From a virus (lineage: Duplodnaviria; Caudoviricetes): a stretch of DNA of 26,780 nucleotides. The stretch lies in IMG/VR virus record IMGVR_UViG_3300020043_004036, positions 1 to 26,780 of that record, one strand, 5' to 3'. The position numbers and the translations under genes are program-made. This document shows, piece after piece, positions 23,138 through 26,780 of the stretch (its first letter is position 1; the number at the start of each line of letters is the position of its first letter). The notes beneath the pieces are model-generated. The model made no database searches and was not told the DNA's origin. It saw only the letters and a program-made list of their open reading frames with translations.

Positions 23138-23730
23138 GTGATGTATTCCCTAAAAACAAACGCATCATCCCATTGAACAAATGCGCCATCTGTCATTGGG
23201 TTCAAAGTATACGTTGGGCAGCGTTCAGCCACAACAGTAAAAGTGCAAGCGTTGCCAATTGACACAGTAGCACCTGAAGATGGCGTACCGATCAATGGCC
23301 GATGGATGTTGACAGAAGCGCCAGCAGAGTCTGCTGTGATCTTGTAGGTATAGCCACCTACCATAATAAAATCACCAGCCTTAAACGTCCCGTTAGAGGT
23401 CAATGCAAGTGTTTGCGTGTTAGGTGTAGGTGCGCCGTTAAGAACAGCCGCAGTAGCTGTGCCAAGTTTTTCGGTAAACCAATTCAAGGTGCTTGTGTTG
23501 AACGTAATCGTTTCAGGTAATTGACGGTCTTTGTTGTCAATGGCTTGAATGATGTCGCGCACCTGTGGATAGTACAAGTAGTTGTGTGGCGTGACAGTAA
23601 ACACCCAAGGCACTGCTGTCAGGTACTGAGCAACAGTGATGTACCCCGACCTAGCAACTTGCTGACCAACCATCCTACGGTTATTCACCGTCATAGACTG
23701 CTGGATATTGAACACAGTTTGGAATGACAT
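23134..23730 (-). CDS. Distal tail (Dit-like) protein
   Basis: Immediately downstream of the tape measure gene; FKAGDFI...Y motif and F.F.E C-terminus. Confidence 0.7.
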   Translation of the reverse strand: MSFQTVFNIQQSMTVNNRRMVGQQVARSGYITVAQYLTAVPWVFTVTPHNYLYYPQVRDIIQAIDNKDRQLPETITFNTSTLNWFTEKLGTATAAVLNGAPTPNTQTLALTSNGTFKAGDFIMVGGYTYKITADSAGASVNIHRPLIGTPSSGATVSIGNACTFTVVAERCPTYTLNPMTDGAFVQWDDAFVFREYIT

Positions 23731-23732
23731 GG

Positions 23733-26150
23733 TTAAGCCCTTCGTCCGTTCGATGCTAACTGTTTGTTAGCGTACTGATAGCCAGCCCAAATAGTGTTGC
23801 TGCTTTCCAACAGTTTAGTCTCAAACGACTTTACATCAATGGCGTTAATGTAGTTGTTTGTGACGTTGGTGGTAGCGCCCATGTTGTTAATCTGGTTGTT
23901 TGGAATGATTGTCCCTGAGCCTGATGGCATAAACAATTCAGGGCCACGCTCACCCACCATATACGGACTACCCGCGCTTACAGGGCCACCTGTAGCTCTT
24001 GGTGTTGCTTGATAGACATTTTTAAACCAGCCATCATTTGAACCGCCGGGTGCGGTAGGAAGACCAAAAACGCCACCCAAAAAGCGCATTACAGCAGCCT
24101 TCATTTGGATTGCAATCAAGTCTTGAATGATGCTACGAGCCAAGTCCTTCATGCTCAACTTGCCCGTCTTAACAAAGTTGTCAATGGCAGAAGACAAGTT
24201 GCCAAACACACTGTCAAACACTTGCTGTGTGCGCTTGGCAGATTCAGCCATAGTGACAAACATTTTTGCAATTTCTTCTTGTCGGTTAACCTCTTGTAAT
24301 ACAAGTGGGTCTTTCCCTTCAGCCTCTTTACGCTTTCGAGCGTACTCAAGAGAAATCTGAGCCAACCTTTGCTCAGTCTCTGTTGCGTAAATCATTTTAT
24401 ATTTCAACTCAAGCGATTCCCGTTGAAATTCAAGTTCACGGGTTTGCGCTTGTGATGCAGTACGAGCAGCCTCGTTAGCTTTGTCTATTGCCACTAACCC
24501 AAGATTTTTTTCATCTTCTATCTTTAAACTTTCGGCCAAATCCAACAAAGCATATTTTGTTTTTATTTCGCTTTGTTTTTTGGCTGTTTCAATTGCAATT
24601 GTTATAGCTTTGTTTTTATATATTTCTAGATTTTGTGATGTTGCTCGACCATCTTCTTGTTTGTTTTTTTGCAGCATTTCTCGATTAGCTTCTGCAAGTT
24701 GATTCTTCATGTCAAGATCAAGTTGTATAAGCTCATGCGCGTTTTGTTTTGCAATAGCAAGTTCAGTTGCCGATTGAGATTTTGCTAATTCACCTGCTTT
24801 AGTTACTAACATTCCTTTGTATTTGTCGTACTCGTCTATTTTTTCTTTTGCACTTCCAACATCTTTTGCAGATGCGGATCGACTTTGAAGACGCTGAATT
24901 TCTAGCAAGTTTTCTTTAGATGCTTGCAAAGATTCAAGCACTTTTCGCAATCCACGTACAAAGCCATTGTCTTCATTGTCTTTGCCAGCAAGCCTTTCTT
25001 TTATGCTTGCAATTTGTTTGTCCAAAGCCATCATGTTTTCTGATTGCGTTGGGCCAGCAAGAAAAGATTTAAATGTATCCCAATAGTTGCTTGTTGCTTT
25101 AGTGACAGAATTCCATGCACCCTCAAGCAAACCAAGTTCTCTGCGTTGTTGCTCAAGTTTTGTGTTTAGTGCTACTGCAACTAATTGTGCAGCCTCTTGT
25201 TTTTTACCTGATTTTTCCAATGCTTCTATTTGCTTGTATTGCTCAAGCGTCAAGAAATTCATTTCTTTGTTAAGTGACTTAGCGCCTTCTGCTGTTCCAC
25301 TCAAACCGCCTTTAAGTTTTTGCGTTGCTTCTGTTGCAGATACACCAGCAATTTCTGCATAAGTAACAATTGCTTTAGATACAGCACCGATAGACTTTTC
25401 AGTAAATTGACCAGAAGAAATTAAAGCTAACAATGCTTCTTTAGCATCGGCAATGCTTGATTTTGTTTGCCCACTTAAAGTATTTGCCAGTTTGACAAAA
25501 GATTCTTGCGTCATGCCAGAATAGTTGCCACTCAAAGTTAAAGCGTCTTTAAATTTTGCAAGGTCTTCTGAAGATTGATATGCAGCCAATCCAACAGCAC
25601 CAAGGCCAATAGCAACAGAACCAAGGCCAACGCTAAACGGAGTAAACAAAGACCCAATAGCACGGAACATATTGCCCACGCCGCCCATTGTGTCTTTCAA
25701 CTGACCACCCTGTTGCAACGCTGCAATAAACGGACTTTGACCAGAAGCAATCTGAGTAAAAAAGTCAGTTGTCTGATAGGTCAGGTTAATTTTCTGTTGC
25801 TCATTCATTTTGAACGTAGCGCCAGAAGCGTTCTTGGCAGCATTAGCTACTTTGTCGTAAGCAGCCGCTTGCGCCAAAAGTTGTGCTGCTTTTTCAGTTC
25901 CCTTAATGTCCTTTAACCGACCTGTCGCTAACTGACGCTCAATTTCCGTAACCTTGCTAACAGATTTGCCGTAATCTTCTGTTGCATATTTCAGCGACTG
26001 AATTTCTTTGTCAGCCGCCTTCATTTCACGCGCAATGGCGTTCTTCATCTTTTGCGTTTCGTAAGCAACCTTTTGTGCTTCCGTAGCAAAGTTACCCATC
26101 TGGAGATCAAGCGCGATCCCCAATGTTGCTGCGTTTTGATGAGTAGCCAT
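23733..26150 (-). CDS. Tail tape measure protein (lambda-like)
   Basis: 805 aa, helical and Ala-rich; Q.TD..TQ.ASGQSPF....QQGGQLKD and A.GGPV.AG.PY.VGE.GPELF.P motifs. Confidence 0.93.
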   Translation of the reverse strand: MATHQNAATLGIALDLQMGNFATEAQKVAYETQKMKNAIAREMKAADKEIQSLKYATEDYGKSVSKVTEIERQLATGRLKDIKGTEKAAQLLAQAAAYDKVANAAKNASGATFKMNEQQKINLTYQTTDFFTQIASGQSPFIAALQQGGQLKDTMGGVGNMFRAIGSLFTPFSVGLGSVAIGLGAVGLAAYQSSEDLAKFKDALTLSGNYSGMTQESFVKLANTLSGQTKSSIADAKEALLALISSGQFTEKSIGAVSKAIVTYAEIAGVSATEATQKLKGGLSGTAEGAKSLNKEMNFLTLEQYKQIEALEKSGKKQEAAQLVAVALNTKLEQQRRELGLLEGAWNSVTKATSNYWDTFKSFLAGPTQSENMMALDKQIASIKERLAGKDNEDNGFVRGLRKVLESLQASKENLLEIQRLQSRSASAKDVGSAKEKIDEYDKYKGMLVTKAGELAKSQSATELAIAKQNAHELIQLDLDMKNQLAEANREMLQKNKQEDGRATSQNLEIYKNKAITIAIETAKKQSEIKTKYALLDLAESLKIEDEKNLGLVAIDKANEAARTASQAQTRELEFQRESLELKYKMIYATETEQRLAQISLEYARKRKEAEGKDPLVLQEVNRQEEIAKMFVTMAESAKRTQQVFDSVFGNLSSAIDNFVKTGKLSMKDLARSIIQDLIAIQMKAAVMRFLGGVFGLPTAPGGSNDGWFKNVYQATPRATGGPVSAGSPYMVGERGPELFMPSGSGTIIPNNQINNMGATTNVTNNYINAIDVKSFETKLLESSNTIWAGYQYANKQLASNGRRA

Positions 26151-26665
26151 TACTTCCTCTTTCTAGCGAGTTTTTGCGCGTATTCTGGAATTATCCTACC
26201 AAGACTGTCTTTCAAATCACTGATGACAGTTGTGGCGCCATATTGCAATGCTGGACGCAAAAATGGTCGTGCAGGTATTTTAGATGTGCCGTATTCTTGA
26301 GCCAAAGAAACAGCACTACGTTTGACAGAAACAATTGCCAAGACAACCGAGTTGTCACCAATGCTAGGTGCTTCTCTGTCGTTTGGAGTTGTGAGCCGAG
26401 ACTTCAGTTTGAGGGTATCCCTCATGTGAAATGGGCTGTAGGCGCTACGAGGCTTTTCGCTGTCGTATGGGGCATAGGCTAGGGCAGCGTAGTAAACGCT
26501 CTTCATGGACTCTTCAGCGGCCTTGGCAAGCGTGTTCTTGAGCACAACATCCATCTTGAAGCCATTGGCTAGATCAATGATTTGTTGCTCAAACTCAGCA
26601 AAGCCAGAAAGCTGGAACTTCATGTCCTTGCCTTCAAAGCCTTGCGTATCAATATGTTGAGCCAT
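26150..26665 (-). CDS. HK97-gp10 family tail component
   Basis: EYGTSK.PARPFLRPAL motif. Confidence 0.85.
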   Translation of the reverse strand: MAQHIDTQGFEGKDMKFQLSGFAEFEQQIIDLANGFKMDVVLKNTLAKAAEESMKSVYYAALAYAPYDSEKPRSAYSPFHMRDTLKLKSRLTTPNDREAPSIGDNSVVLAIVSVKRSAVSLAQEYGTSKIPARPFLRPALQYGATTVISDLKDSLGRIIPEYAQKLARKRK

Positions 26666-26666
26666 G

Positions 26667-26780
26667 CTACTCTTTCAGGTAAGCCTCCGAACCCGGTCTA
26701 GTAGTCAAGAATGCCATCAACTGCTTGCTGGCTTGCTCTTGCTGTTGTTCCTTTGTCAGCGGCGGGACAATGTATTCGTG
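26667..26780 (-). CDS. Partial gene (3' end), probable tail assembly chaperone C-terminal part
   Basis: Open frame HEYIVPPLTKEQQQEQASKQLMAFLTTRPGSEAYLKE* running in from the window edge; product inferred from position. Confidence 0.55.
   Translation of the reverse strand, partial: HEYIVPPLTKEQQQEQASKQLMAFLTTRPGSEAYLKE

Noticed and set aside
1-26780. tRNA/rRNA genes, integrase, IS elements
   Set aside because: No cloverleaf, rRNA-like tract, recombinase or transposase motif was recognised by eye.

Overview
The window is part of a tailed (siphovirus-like) phage genome; a betaproteobacterial host is an inference. From right to left on the - strand it carries a non-contractile tail module (tail chaperone fragment, HK97-gp10 family, tape measure, Dit-like, tail-tip proteins, a GNAT-fold protein, fibres) and a multi-gene lysis cassette ending in a GH24 lysozyme. 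Next is a + strand recombination operon (ERF, SSB-like, HTH, and a MazG-like gene with an in-frame TGA), divergent from a - strand replication/nin-like operon (DUF1376 initiator, P-like, RusA, NinB, Ref, DUF5856). No integrase or repressor is visible. The most striking feature is the first ~2.7 kb, which is sharply depleted of AG/CT on both strands. By hand I count ~43 AG, ~47 CT, 0 GAG and 3 CTC. It holds a partial HNH gene and a + strand operon centred on a Cys-rich GP88-family protein. It ends in a ~540-bp non-coding, G-skewed repeat spacer with a SlmA-like site and a near-perfect LexA box. My hypothesis is that this is a first-entry, defence-evading genome segment with a boundary element. 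All family assignments come from motif recognition by eye, not database searches.
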